From Chloroflexota bacterium (GTDB taxonomy: Bacteria; Chloroflexota; Dehalococcoidia; UBA2979), in contig JAQCIU010000022.1 in NCBI GenBank assembly GCA_027593235.1, positions 1 to 53,126 on the forward strand: DNA of 53,126 bases, in the 5' to 3' direction. Positions 18,033 through 27,307 of this stretch are shown in pieces (the first letter of the stretch is position 1; each line of letters begins with the position of its first letter). The position numbers and the translations under genes are program-made. A model generated the notes under the pieces. It saw nothing but the letters and a program-made list of their open reading frames with translations, was not told where the DNA came from and did not search any database.

Positions 18033-19838
18033 TCAGGCGGCTAGTTCCTCCACGCGTTCCAGCCACCCGACGAGTTGATCGGACGACATCGGTCGCGCGA
18101 AGAAGAAGCCCTGCCCGAAGTCGCAGCCAATCTCCGTCAGGTAGTCGGCCTGTTGGGTCGTCTCCACCCCCTCCGCCACGATCTCCAGGCCGAGCCGGTG
18201 GGCCAGCATCACGATGCCCTCGACGATCGCCCGGCTCCCAGCGTCGCCGGGCAGCGGCTTCACGAAGCTCCGATCGATCTTCAGTACATCGGCTGGCAGC
18301 GAGGCGATGTGCGACAGCGCCGAGTGACCGGTTCCGAAGTCGTCGATCGCTGTTTCGATGCCCGCTGCGCGGAGGACATGCAGGTCGTCGACGATCTCTC
18401 TCGCGGCGTCACCCAGCGCGGATTCGGTCAGTTCGACCAGCAGACGCGCCGGCTGCAATCCGCTCCGCTCGATCTGTTCGAGGATCGACTGCGCCAGGTT
18501 CCGCCCCCGGAACTCGAGCGGCGAGATATTGACGGCCACTCGCATTGGCGGGCGCCCGAGGGCGTCCCAGGACTGTAGGTCGGTGAGCGACTGTTGCCGT
18601 ACGAAGGCGCCAACGGCAGAGATCAGGCCGGTTTCCTCGGCGATCGGAATCCAGTCCGCCGGGGAGAACGCGCCGTGGACCGGGTGGTGCCAGCGCACGA
18701 GGGCTTCGACGTGCCGCACTGACCAGTCGCTCAGTCGCACGATCGGCTGGTAATGCACCTCCAGGCCGTCGGCGGCGATGGCGGCGCGCAGCTCACGTTC
18801 GATCATGTCGCGTCGCGAGAGATACTCGGTCATCTCCGCGGAATGGACCCGCACACTGCTGCCGCCCTCGCGCTTCGCCATGTACATCGCGATGTCGGCG
18901 GCACGGATCAACTGCTCGGGCTCGCGCGCGTCGGCCGGATAGAGGGCGGCGCCGATACTCACCGTCAGGTTCACGACCCCGCCGGGAAGCGTGATCGGCA
19001 CGCTCAGCGCCTCGAGGATCCGGTCGAGTTCGGCCGTCAGTGACGCCCTCGACATTTCTCCGCACAGCAGCACGACGAACTCGTCGCCCGCCAGCCGCGC
19101 CACCACATCGTCCGGGCGGGCGGTGCCGACGAGGCGGCGCCCGACCTCCCGCAGCAACTCGTCACCGGCGTCATGGCCCTGCGTGTCGTTGATGAGCTTG
19201 AATCGATCGAGGTCGATGAACGCGACAGCCAGCTCCGCCCCCGCGGGGACGGCACCACCGATCGACCGATCGAGGTCGTCCAGAAACTGGGTGCGGTTGG
19301 CGAGCCCGGTCAATGCGTCGCGCGTGGCCGCCAGGCGGAACTGCTCCCGGCTGGCTCTTAGCTCGTGAATCAACTCGTCACGACGCCGCTCTGCCGCCAC
19401 CAGATCGGAAATATCGCGGATCATGCCGACGTACCAGGTCTTCCCTTCGGCCGTGAACTCCGAGACCGACAGGTGGAGCGGAAACTCACTGCCGTCCGAC
19501 CGACGCGCGACATCCTGCCGTCCCCGCCCGATGACCTGCGGGGCGCCACCGGCGCCGTAGCGCAGCAGATAGTCGTCGTGCTGTTCGCCCGTCGCCTCGT
19601 GCATCAGCACGGACACGTTGCGCCCCACCAGTTCGCCACGTTTGTATCCGAACATGCGCTCGCAGGACGCGTTGACCCGCTCGATGATTCCCCGGTCATC
19701 GGCGATCACGATCGCGTCGACGGCAGCCTCGAAGAGGGCAGCGAAACTGCCCTCGTGGACGAGGTGACTCATCGCGAGTTGGAGCGCGTCTCGGTGCTCA
19801 TGTTCGAGGATCGGCATAAGCATCCGGGCGGCGCTCAC
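18033..19838 (-). CDS. PAS-GGDEF-EAL c-di-GMP signalling protein with FixL-like heme PAS
   Basis: HDDYLLRY...RRSDGSEFPLHLSVSE (FixL-like), DLDRFKLINDTQGH, RLAGDEF, VEALVRW, IDDFGTGHS. Confidence 0.9.
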   Translation of the reverse strand: MSAARMLMPILEHEHRDALQLAMSHLVHEGSFAALFEAAVDAIVIADDRGIIERVNASCERMFGYKRGELVGRNVSVLMHEATGEQHDDYLLRYGAGGAPQVIGRGRQDVARRSDGSEFPLHLSVSEFTAEGKTWYVGMIRDISDLVAAERRRDELIHELRASREQFRLAATRDALTGLANRTQFLDDLDRSIGGAVPAGAELAVAFIDLDRFKLINDTQGHDAGDELLREVGRRLVGTARPDDVVARLAGDEFVVLLCGEMSRASLTAELDRILEALSVPITLPGGVVNLTVSIGAALYPADAREPEQLIRAADIAMYMAKREGGSSVRVHSAEMTEYLSRRDMIERELRAAIAADGLEVHYQPIVRLSDWSVRHVEALVRWHHPVHGAFSPADWIPIAEETGLISAVGAFVRQQSLTDLQSWDALGRPPMRVAVNISPLEFRGRNLAQSILEQIERSGLQPARLLVELTESALGDAAREIVDDLHVLRAAGIETAIDDFGTGHSALSHIASLPADVLKIDRSFVKPLPGDAGSRAIVEGIVMLAHRLGLEIVAEGVETTQQADYLTEIGCDFGQGFFFARPMSSDQLVGWLERVEELAA

Positions 19839-19916
19839 GCTTACGACACCGCCCCCTGACGAGTGCTGACGCTCCAGGGCCGGGTCGTTGCGGGTGGTAC
19901 CGCGATCGCGCGTCGC

Positions 19917-21020
19917 TTAGCTCGCCGCGATCCGTTCACGCATGAGCGGCAGCACGTCGCGTGCCACGTGCTCGCACTCCTCGACATGTGGGAAGCCGGA
20001 CAGGATGAACTCGTCGATCCCCAGTTCCCAGTAGCGGAACAGCTCGTCCGCCACCTGCCGAGGCGTGCCGACGATCGCTGTTCCGAGGTTCACCCGCACC
20101 AGCGAAATGCCGTTCCACAGCCGATCGGTAACGCGGTGCTCCTTGAAGTCGCGCGCCTGCGCCGCCGCGCCAACCATCGAGGTGCCCTCGACCGCCCAGT
20201 GCCGCTGCGCGATCACCGTCTCCGAGGCGTCCGCGATCAGCGCATCGGCCAGCCGCCACGCTTCGTCCTCGTCGTCCGCCACCACCAGGTGCGTGCGCAG
20301 CCCGAACCGCAGCTCGCGTCCCACCTCGGAGGCGGCGACGCGCGCACGTTCCATCAGCGCGCGCGTGTCCTCCAGCGGCTGGATCCACATCAGCAGCGTG
20401 TCGCCCTGCGACGCCGCCAGTGCGAGCGCGCTCGGCGACGCACCACCGAGGTACCAGCTCGGCCCCGGCGCGCTCGGACCCGGCGACACGATCGCGTTGC
20501 GCAGCGTCGTAGTCCCGCCCTCGAAGTCCACCCGCTCACCGGGCCGCGCCCAGAGCGTGCGGCAGGCGGTCATGAACTCCTCGGCCTGCTCGTAGCGGCG
20601 GTCGTGGCTACTGGTCACGCCCAGGCGCTCCATGTCGCCCTGGATGCCGCCGGGCACGATGTTGATGTCGAGTCGCCCGTGGGACATCCGGTCGAACGTC
20701 GCCGCCATCTGCGCGAACAACCCGGCTGGGATGAAGCCCGGCCGCACCGCGACCAGGAAGCGAATCCGCTCGGTCACGGCCGCCAGCGCCGTCGCCGTCG
20801 TCCACGTCTCCGCCAGCGGCGCCGCCTCGTCGAACAGCCCGTTGCTGAAGCGCGTCGGGATCAGCAGCGAATGGAAGCCCTCGCGCTCCGCCGTCTCGAC
20901 CACCTGCCGCAGGTACTCGAACGTCGGTTCGCGGTCGGCGCGCACCGTCCCGATCCGCGCACCGTCCCCATCGATCGGGATGAACCAGTCGAACTGCGGC
21001 TCCCGCCGGTCAGAAGTCAC
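19917..21020 (-). CDS. Luciferase-like (LLM) flavin monooxygenase, SsuD-like
   Basis: FDWFIP, RFLVAVRPG, GRLDINIV, EFILSGFPHVEE; GTG start overlaps the fbaA stop. Confidence 0.85.
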   Translation of the reverse strand: MTSDRREPQFDWFIPIDGDGARIGTVRADREPTFEYLRQVVETAEREGFHSLLIPTRFSNGLFDEAAPLAETWTTATALAAVTERIRFLVAVRPGFIPAGLFAQMAATFDRMSHGRLDINIVPGGIQGDMERLGVTSSHDRRYEQAEEFMTACRTLWARPGERVDFEGGTTTLRNAIVSPGPSAPGPSWYLGGASPSALALAASQGDTLLMWIQPLEDTRALMERARVAASEVGRELRFGLRTHLVVADDEDEAWRLADALIADASETVIAQRHWAVEGTSMVGAAAQARDFKEHRVTDRLWNGISLVRVNLGTAIVGTPRQVADELFRYWELGIDEFILSGFPHVEECEHVARDVLPLMRERIAAS

Positions 21021-22084
21021 GAGCGCGCCAGCGACTTGCCCCGCGATCCCAGGATGTCGAAGCTCTCCTGCAACCGCGCCACCATCCCCAGCTCCCCCTC
21101 ACGCAGCCACTTCCGAGGGTCATACAGGTTCTTGTACGGCTGATCGGTATCCGGATCGATCTGGTACTGGAAAGCTCGCGGGCTCTGCAGCACGTACTTC
21201 CCGATCGCTTCGGCGAACGCGAACTGCGTGTCCGTGTCGATGTTCATTTTGAAGACGCCGTGACTGAGCGCCTCGCGGATGTCACCGTCCTCGGACCCCG
21301 AACCGCCGTGGAAGACCAGATCGACCGGGTTGGTGCCACCGACTTTCGAGGCGACCAGTGCCTGTGCGTCGCCCAGGATGTGCGGCCGCAGGTGGACGTT
21401 GCCCGGCTTGTAGACGCCGTGCACGTTCCCAAACGCGGCGGCGATCGCGACATGACCGATCGGCGTCAGCAGCTCGTACGCGTCCAGCACGTCCTGCGGC
21501 TGCGAGTACAACCGCGGGTTGTCCGCCGTGTCTTCATCGCTGCCGACACCGTCTTCTTCGCCGCCGGTGATGCCCAGCTCAATCTCCAGGCTCACGTCGA
21601 TCGCCGCCATGCGCCTCAGGAGCCGCGCCGACTCCTGCAGGTTGAACTCCACCGTCTCCTCGGAGAGGTCGAGCATGTGCGACGTGAACAGCGGGCGTCC
21701 GGTGGCGGCGTGGTGCGCCTCGGACTCGGTCAGCACGCCCTCCACCCACGGGACGAGCCCGCGGTTCGCGTGGTCTGTGTGCATCACCACGCAGACCCCG
21801 TAGTGCTTCGCCAGCAAGTCCGCGTGCTGCGCGGCCGATACCGCGCCCATCACCCGCGCGAGATTCTTGTCGGGCAGCCCCTGACCGGCGAAGAACTGGG
21901 CGCCGCCGTTGGAGAGCTGGACGATCACGTCCGACCCCACCTGTGCGGCGGCCTCCATCACCGCGTTGATCGAATCGGTCCCCACGATGTTGACCGCGGG
22001 GATCGCGTAGCCGCCTTGCTTCGCCGCGCTGACCAGCGTGCGGTAGTCCTGACTGGTCACGACACCGGGCTTCAACGTAGACAT
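21017..22084 (-). CDS. fbaA: Class II fructose-bisphosphate aldolase (type A)
   Basis: HTDH, FTSHMLDLS, EIELGITGGEEDG, AFGNVHGVYKPGNV, VFHGGSGS, KMNIDTD, YDPRKWLR. Confidence 0.93.
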   Translation of the reverse strand: MSTLKPGVVTSQDYRTLVSAAKQGGYAIPAVNIVGTDSINAVMEAAAQVGSDVIVQLSNGGAQFFAGQGLPDKNLARVMGAVSAAQHADLLAKHYGVCVVMHTDHANRGLVPWVEGVLTESEAHHAATGRPLFTSHMLDLSEETVEFNLQESARLLRRMAAIDVSLEIELGITGGEEDGVGSDEDTADNPRLYSQPQDVLDAYELLTPIGHVAIAAAFGNVHGVYKPGNVHLRPHILGDAQALVASKVGGTNPVDLVFHGGSGSEDGDIREALSHGVFKMNIDTDTQFAFAEAIGKYVLQSPRAFQYQIDPDTDQPYKNLYDPRKWLREGELGMVARLQESFDILGSRGKSLARS

Positions 22085-22133
22085 GCTTGTTACCCCTCTC
22101 CGCTGCCGGCGCCTGTGTGCCGCCGTCAGCTCC

Positions 22134-23564
22134 CTAGTGATCGATGCGGATCCGATGAAACGGCACGCCGATCGAGGTGAACCCATCGATCGCACCGTTC
22201 GCCGTCTCGCGGAAGTGCAGAAGTTCCCCTGCCAGCCGGCCGTTGCGCGCCTTGAGCACCAGCGGGTCGTCGGTCGGATCGAGGTGGCACGGCATCGGCG
22301 CGCCGCCCGACCACGCAACCGTCCTCGGCAGCCCCACGCCGGGACCGAGCAGTGCGAGGCTATCGTCCACCCACGCCACCCGTCGCGGCCCGCCATAGCC
22401 GGTTTCGCCGGCGGCGCTGTGGTACGCGCCGATGAACCGCGTCGCCCACTCCGGTGGCGCCGACGGCCGCGCCGGTAGCGGCGCCGGTTGGGCGTCCGCT
22501 GCCGCCATCAGGCGGTCGAGCGTCCCGAGGGCAATGTCGGTCTGCGCCGTGTGCCCGTCGGAGTTCGTCGCGACGATCACTGCCGTCTCCGTCGCCAGGT
22601 TGAACACCGTGCGCGACAGCGATCCGGGATTGCCGCCGCCGTGCCCTAGGTACACGTGCTCGCCACGGCGGACGCCGCTGAAGCCGATGCACCAGCCGTC
22701 CGTCCAGTCATCGTCGGAGTACTGGAGGCGGTGCATCTCGCGCAGCGTCGTGCCGCGCAACACCTGCGCGCCACCGCGCTCCAGTTCGCGATCGCGGCGG
22801 AACTGCAGGGACATCCACCGCGCCATGTCCGCGATCGTCGAGTGCAGTCCGCCCGCCGGTTTGCGGTCGTTGAATACGAGGTCGCGCGCCGGACCCGGCC
22901 GGCTCGTCGTCGTCGACCACGCGTACTGCGTCACCCGCCGGTGCTCGCCCTGCTCCGGCTCGAAGGTGCTCCCGGTCATCCCCAGCGGCTCGAGGAGTGC
23001 GCTCTGGATGTACTCCGCGTACGGCCGCCCGCTCAACCGCGCCACCACCTCGCCGAGCAACGCGAAGCCGAGGTTGCAGTACTTGTGCTGCGAATCCGGC
23101 GGAATCACGATCCCCGTCTCGTCGATGTGATCGAGGATGTACTGGATCGTCGGCCCGACGCCCGTCGAGTGCCAGTCGCCCGGCACCTCGCCGCTGAGCC
23201 CCGAACGATGCGTCATCAGCCGCCGCAGCGTGACGTCCTCGACCTTGCCCGCGACCTGTTGAACGCGGGCGAACTCGGGGACGTACTCGACGAGCGGGTC
23301 ATCGATGTTCAGCAACCCCTCGTCGCGGAGTTGCATCACCGCCATCGCCGTCATCGGCTTGGTATTCGAGTCGAACCGGAACAGCGAGTGCTCATCCGGC
23401 GGCCGCGCGTCCTCGAAGTCCGCGTGACCAAAGCCGCCGCTCCACGCCAGTTCCTGCCCACGCACGATCCCGATCGCGAGGCCCACCACGCGCTGGTCCG
23501 CCATCGTCTGCTGGATGCGGGCTTCGAGGTCTGGGACGACCGCTTCGATCACCGGATCAGCCAT
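22134..23564 (-). CDS. Serine hydrolase, beta-lactamase class C/penicillin-binding-like family
   Basis: SxxK (DSNTK), YxN (YCN), LMTHRSG and HGG motifs. Confidence 0.85.
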   Translation of the reverse strand: MADPVIEAVVPDLEARIQQTMADQRVVGLAIGIVRGQELAWSGGFGHADFEDARPPDEHSLFRFDSNTKPMTAMAVMQLRDEGLLNIDDPLVEYVPEFARVQQVAGKVEDVTLRRLMTHRSGLSGEVPGDWHSTGVGPTIQYILDHIDETGIVIPPDSQHKYCNLGFALLGEVVARLSGRPYAEYIQSALLEPLGMTGSTFEPEQGEHRRVTQYAWSTTTSRPGPARDLVFNDRKPAGGLHSTIADMARWMSLQFRRDRELERGGAQVLRGTTLREMHRLQYSDDDWTDGWCIGFSGVRRGEHVYLGHGGGNPGSLSRTVFNLATETAVIVATNSDGHTAQTDIALGTLDRLMAAADAQPAPLPARPSAPPEWATRFIGAYHSAAGETGYGGPRRVAWVDDSLALLGPGVGLPRTVAWSGGAPMPCHLDPTDDPLVLKARNGRLAGELLHFRETANGAIDGFTSIGVPFHRIRIDH

Positions 23565-23576
23565 CAAGACCACTCC

Positions 23577-24668
23577 CTACATAACCACTGATGGGACAGC
23601 AACTGTGCCACCGTGACCGGCAACCGCGTTGGACAGGGCATATCTCGAGCCGTTTGCAACATAACCGCCGGCCACGGGATCCTCCGCGAGCAGCAACGGC
23701 GTGTCCAGGTCGATGAACTCGAACCCGCCGAGGCCGGCCGCGAAGTGTGCCGCAAACCCCATCGCGATCCGCGTTTCGACCATCCCGCCGATCATCAACC
23801 CGAGCCCGGCCGCCTTCGCGATCGCCGCAATCTCGAGGGCGCCAACCACGCCACATTTCACCAGCTTGATGTTGAGCACCGTCGCCAGCTCGTCGCGCGC
23901 GATCCGCAGCGCATCCTCGGGTGACCGGCACGATTCGTCGGCGGCGACGGGGACGCCACCTTCGCGAGTGACACGCCCGAGGCCGTCCCAGTCCTCGCGC
24001 GCCACCGGCTGCTCGAACAGCGCCGGCTCGATCCCCTCCGCGCGCAGCGCCGCCAGGAATCGCAGCGCCTCGTCGCTGCTGAAGCCCTCGTTGGCATCGA
24101 GGATCAGCGCGCAGTCGGGGTGCGCGCCGCGGATTGCCGTCAGCATCGCCACGTCCGCATCGAGGTCGATCCCGACCTTCGTCTTGATCGTCGTGAATCC
24201 CTCGGTGCGGTACCGCGCGGCCAGCGTCGCCGCCTCGGCGGCCGGGCAGATCGGGATCGTGATGTCGGTGGTCACCTCGTCCGAGACGCCGCCGAAGAAC
24301 TGGTAGAGCGGGACGCCCCAGTGCCGCGTCAGCGCATCGAGGATCGCCATCTCCACCCCCGCGCCCGTCGCGCGAAAGTCCGCGAGCCAGAGCGGTAGCT
24401 CCTCGGCGAGTTGCCGCCAGGCGCCGGCGTCGCGCCCGACGATTCCGGGCCGCAGCCACTCGATCGCGCCCAGCGCATCGTCCTGCCCCTCGGTCGTCAC
24501 CGGCCGCAGCGACGGCACCTCGCCCCACCCCTCGGCACCACTCTCGAGGCGGACCCGAATCGCCACATTCTCGACGTGGTCGAGCCGCGCCGAGGCGATC
24601 GTGAACGGCGCAAGCAGCGGCGCATTGAGCGGGAACGCGTCGATCGCGGCGATGACAGTGTCAGTCAT
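23577..24668 (-). CDS. Dipeptide (L-Ala-D/L-Glu) epimerase, enolase superfamily
   Basis: KxK (KTKVG), DANE, EQP, DES, NIK and DLD motifs. Confidence 0.88.
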   Translation of the reverse strand: MTDTVIAAIDAFPLNAPLLAPFTIASARLDHVENVAIRVRLESGAEGWGEVPSLRPVTTEGQDDALGAIEWLRPGIVGRDAGAWRQLAEELPLWLADFRATGAGVEMAILDALTRHWGVPLYQFFGGVSDEVTTDITIPICPAAEAATLAARYRTEGFTTIKTKVGIDLDADVAMLTAIRGAHPDCALILDANEGFSSDEALRFLAALRAEGIEPALFEQPVAREDWDGLGRVTREGGVPVAADESCRSPEDALRIARDELATVLNIKLVKCGVVGALEIAAIAKAAGLGLMIGGMVETRIAMGFAAHFAAGLGGFEFIDLDTPLLLAEDPVAGGYVANGSRYALSNAVAGHGGTVAVPSVVM

Positions 24669-24722
24669 CGGGCCAACCTACTCCACGCCGGTGGTTCCTC
24701 GGGGTGTCCTCGTTCACCGGAC

Positions 24723-24754
24723 AAGAAAACGGGACGCCTCTCGGCGCCCCGTTT
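24723..24754 (-). terminator. Intrinsic terminator after the acyl-CoA dehydrogenase
   Basis: Minus strand AAACGGGGCGCC-GAGA-GGCGTCCCGTTT followed by TCTT. Confidence 0.7.
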
Positions 24755-24777
24755 ATTTCGAGGACTGCGGTCCCGAG

Positions 24778-26013
24778 CTAGCCTCGCGGCAGTCCGAGGC
24801 CGCGCGTCGCGATGATGTTCCGCTGAATCTCTGAGGTACCCGCGGCGATCGTCGCCGGGACCGAGCGCACGTACGACTGCGTGAAGCTGCCGTTCAATGG
24901 TGCGTAGGCGTTCGGCGGGTCGCTGTACGTGTTCCGGTCGTCGTCGTCGTGACCCCAGAACTGCGCGTACTGCCCGAAGACCTGAGTCCCGGTGCGGGCC
25001 AGCTTCTGGCTCAGCTCCGAGTTGAACAGCTTCGATGTGGACGCCTCGTAGTTCGGGATCTGACCAGCCGACTGCATCGAGATGATGCGGAAGCTGAACT
25101 GGAACTGGACCTCGGACTCGACCCAACGGTCGGCGATCTGGTGCCGCAGCGACACCGACTCGTCCAGGCGAGAGCGCTGCTGGCCCTCGTCCGTGTGGAC
25201 GTAGTCGATCAGCTTCTGGATGGTCTTCCGGCTCGTGATCGCGCCGGTGATGTTCGACCGCTCGAAGTCGAGCAGCGTCGCGCCGACGTACCAGCCGCGG
25301 TTCACCTCACCGACGACGTTCCCGGCCGGGACGCGCACGTCCTCGAAGAACGTCTCATTGAAGTGGTAGTGACCGCCCATGTCGATCAGCGGACGGATCG
25401 ACAGGCCCGGCAGGCCCATCGGCATCAGCATGAACGAAATGCCGCGGTGTTTCGGCGCCTCCGGGTCGGTCCGCGTGAGGACGTAGAGCCAGTCGGCGTA
25501 CTGCGCGCCGGAGGTCCAGATCTTCTGGCCGTTGATGACGTAGTCGTCGCCGTCGCGCACCGCGCGCGTCTGCAGCGACGCCAGGTCCGAGCCGGAGCCC
25601 GGTTCGGAGTAGCCCTGCTGCCAGTTCACCTCGCCCGACAGGATCTTCGGGAGGTGCTCAGCCTTCTGCTCGTCGGTGCCGTGCACGATGATGGTCGGCC
25701 CGAGCTGGCTGACGCCCTGCCCGCCGACGGCCGGTGCACCAGCCTGCGCCATCTCCTGCTTGAAGATGAACTGCTCGATCGGGGTGAGCCCGGCTCCGCC
25801 GTACTCCTTGGGCCAGTGCGGCGCGATCCAGCCCTTGTCGGCCAGCGCGGCCTGCCACGCCTCGGCGGCGCCACGCTTCGTCGTGTCGGACGACTTGCGG
25901 TCCTGGACCCACTCGCCTTCACCGTGCTGGTACGCCTCCGGGAGGCCGTTGTCGATCAGACCAACAACCTCGGAGCGAAATGCTGCCTGTTCGGGCGTGT
26001 CGTTCCAGTCCAT
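24778..26013 (-). CDS. Acyl-CoA dehydrogenase (FadE-like)
   Basis: QGYSEPGSGSDLASL, INGQKIWTS, TIAAGTSEIQRNIIA. Confidence 0.92.
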   Translation of the reverse strand: MDWNDTPEQAAFRSEVVGLIDNGLPEAYQHGEGEWVQDRKSSDTTKRGAAEAWQAALADKGWIAPHWPKEYGGAGLTPIEQFIFKQEMAQAGAPAVGGQGVSQLGPTIIVHGTDEQKAEHLPKILSGEVNWQQGYSEPGSGSDLASLQTRAVRDGDDYVINGQKIWTSGAQYADWLYVLTRTDPEAPKHRGISFMLMPMGLPGLSIRPLIDMGGHYHFNETFFEDVRVPAGNVVGEVNRGWYVGATLLDFERSNITGAITSRKTIQKLIDYVHTDEGQQRSRLDESVSLRHQIADRWVESEVQFQFSFRIISMQSAGQIPNYEASTSKLFNSELSQKLARTGTQVFGQYAQFWGHDDDDRNTYSDPPNAYAPLNGSFTQSYVRSVPATIAAGTSEIQRNIIATRGLGLPRG

Positions 26014-26165
26014 GTCACCACTCTCTTTGGTCGCGTCTCAAGTCGCCGGCTGTCGCTCAGCGCTCGTCATTGATCGCGTCGTCATACTCCGCCGACTCAA
26101 AGGGGCTGTCAACGATTGCGAGCGGAGTGCTCCATCAATCCTCGGCAAATAGCGGTCGCTTCCGC

Positions 26166-26174
26166 TGCTATCAT
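26166..26174 (+). promoter_or_regulatory. Extended -10 promoter element upstream of the B12 riboswitch
   Basis: TGCTATCAT (TGn-TAnnnT) immediately 5' of the riboswitch. Confidence 0.5.
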
Positions 26175-26179
26175 CCGCG

Positions 26180-26295
26180 CACGACGCGATGCTCGGGGAA
26201 GCCGGTGCGAAACCGGCGCTGTCCCGCAACTGTGATCGCCCCCCGCCGCCCCGCGCGGCTCCCGAGGGCGTCAGCCAGAGCACCGGCCCGCGTCC
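26180..26295 (+). ncRNA. Cobalamin riboswitch
   Basis: GGGAAGCCGGTGCGAAACCGGCGCTGTCCCGCAACTGTGA core and AGCCAGAGCACCGGCC B12-box-like 3' end, directly upstream of cob genes. Confidence 0.92.
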
Positions 26296-26383
26296 CCACC
26301 GAACCCGCGAGGACGGGCGGCGGCGTTCGCGACCTCGCGCACCCCGTCCCCCCGTACCTCGACCCGCGATCGGAGCCGCCGAG

Positions 26384-27307
26384 GTGCTCGTCCGCCCCCG
26401 CTCCGCGCTCGCTCTCGCTACTGGCGTCGCCCTCGATGTCGCGCTGATCGACCCGCCGAATGCCGTGCACCCGGTCGCGCTGATCGGACGCGCCGCCCGC
26501 GCGGTTGAGCGCTGCGCACCCACCTCACCGCACGCACGCCGCCGCTTCGGCCTCGCCGCGGCGCTCGCGCTGCCACTCGTTGCCTTCGAGGTGACCCGTC
26601 GCCTCGAACGGAGCACCCGCGGCGGCTGGCTCGTCGCCGCGCTCCTCCTTTCGCTCGCCTCGTCACAGCGCACGCTCGTCACGCGCGTCGCCGAGGTGCG
26701 CGATGCCCTCGCACGCGGCGACCTCGAGACCGCTCGCGCGCTGCTCGCGCTCCACCTCGTGAGCCGCGACACCACCACGCTCGACGCCTCCGAGGTCGCC
26801 GCCGCCACGATCGAGTCGCTGGCCGAGAACCTGAGCGACGGCGTCGTCGCCCCGTGCCTCGCCTTCGCCCTCGGTGGCGCGCCCCTCGCGTGGGCGTACC
26901 GCACCTCGAACACGCTCGACGCGATGTGGGGCTACCGCACCGAGCGCTACGAGGACCTCGGCAAAGCGGCCGCCCGCATCGACGACGCGTGGAACCTCCT
27001 GCCCGCGCGCCTCACCGCGCTCGCGATCGTCCTCGCAACCCTCGGCGGGCAGACCACCGAGGTCTGGCGCGCCTGGCGCCGCGACGCGTCGAGCACAGTC
27101 AGCCCGAACGCCGGCCACCCGATGGCGGCGATGGCCGGTGCGACCGGCGTACGCCTCAGCAAGCGCGGCGCCTACGACCTCAACGCGAGCGGTCGCCCCG
27201 CCTCGGCGGCGGACATCACGAGGGCGCTCCGCATCGCTCGTCGTGCGACCGCGCTCGTTGCCGGCGCGTTGTTGCTCGGCATGACCGCACGAGGTCGCCT
27301 CGTATGA
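26384..27307 (+). CDS. cbiB: Adenosylcobinamide-phosphate synthase
   Basis: DPP..HPV, ESLAENLSDGVVAP, YRTSNTLDAMWGY, SPNAGHP; GTG start is inferred. Confidence 0.9.
   Translation: MLVRPRSALALATGVALDVALIDPPNAVHPVALIGRAARAVERCAPTSPHARRRFGLAAALALPLVAFEVTRRLERSTRGGWLVAALLLSLASSQRTLVTRVAEVRDALARGDLETARALLALHLVSRDTTTLDASEVAAATIESLAENLSDGVVAPCLAFALGGAPLAWAYRTSNTLDAMWGYRTERYEDLGKAAARIDDAWNLLPARLTALAIVLATLGGQTTEVWRAWRRDASSTVSPNAGHPMAAMAGATGVRLSKRGAYDLNASGRPASAADITRALRIARRATALVAGALLLGMTARGRLV

Noticed and set aside
22134-23564. Antibiotic-resistance beta-lactamase
   Set aside because: No signal peptide, HGG in place of KTG, and context with a dipeptide epimerase; a generic serine hydrolase is more likely.
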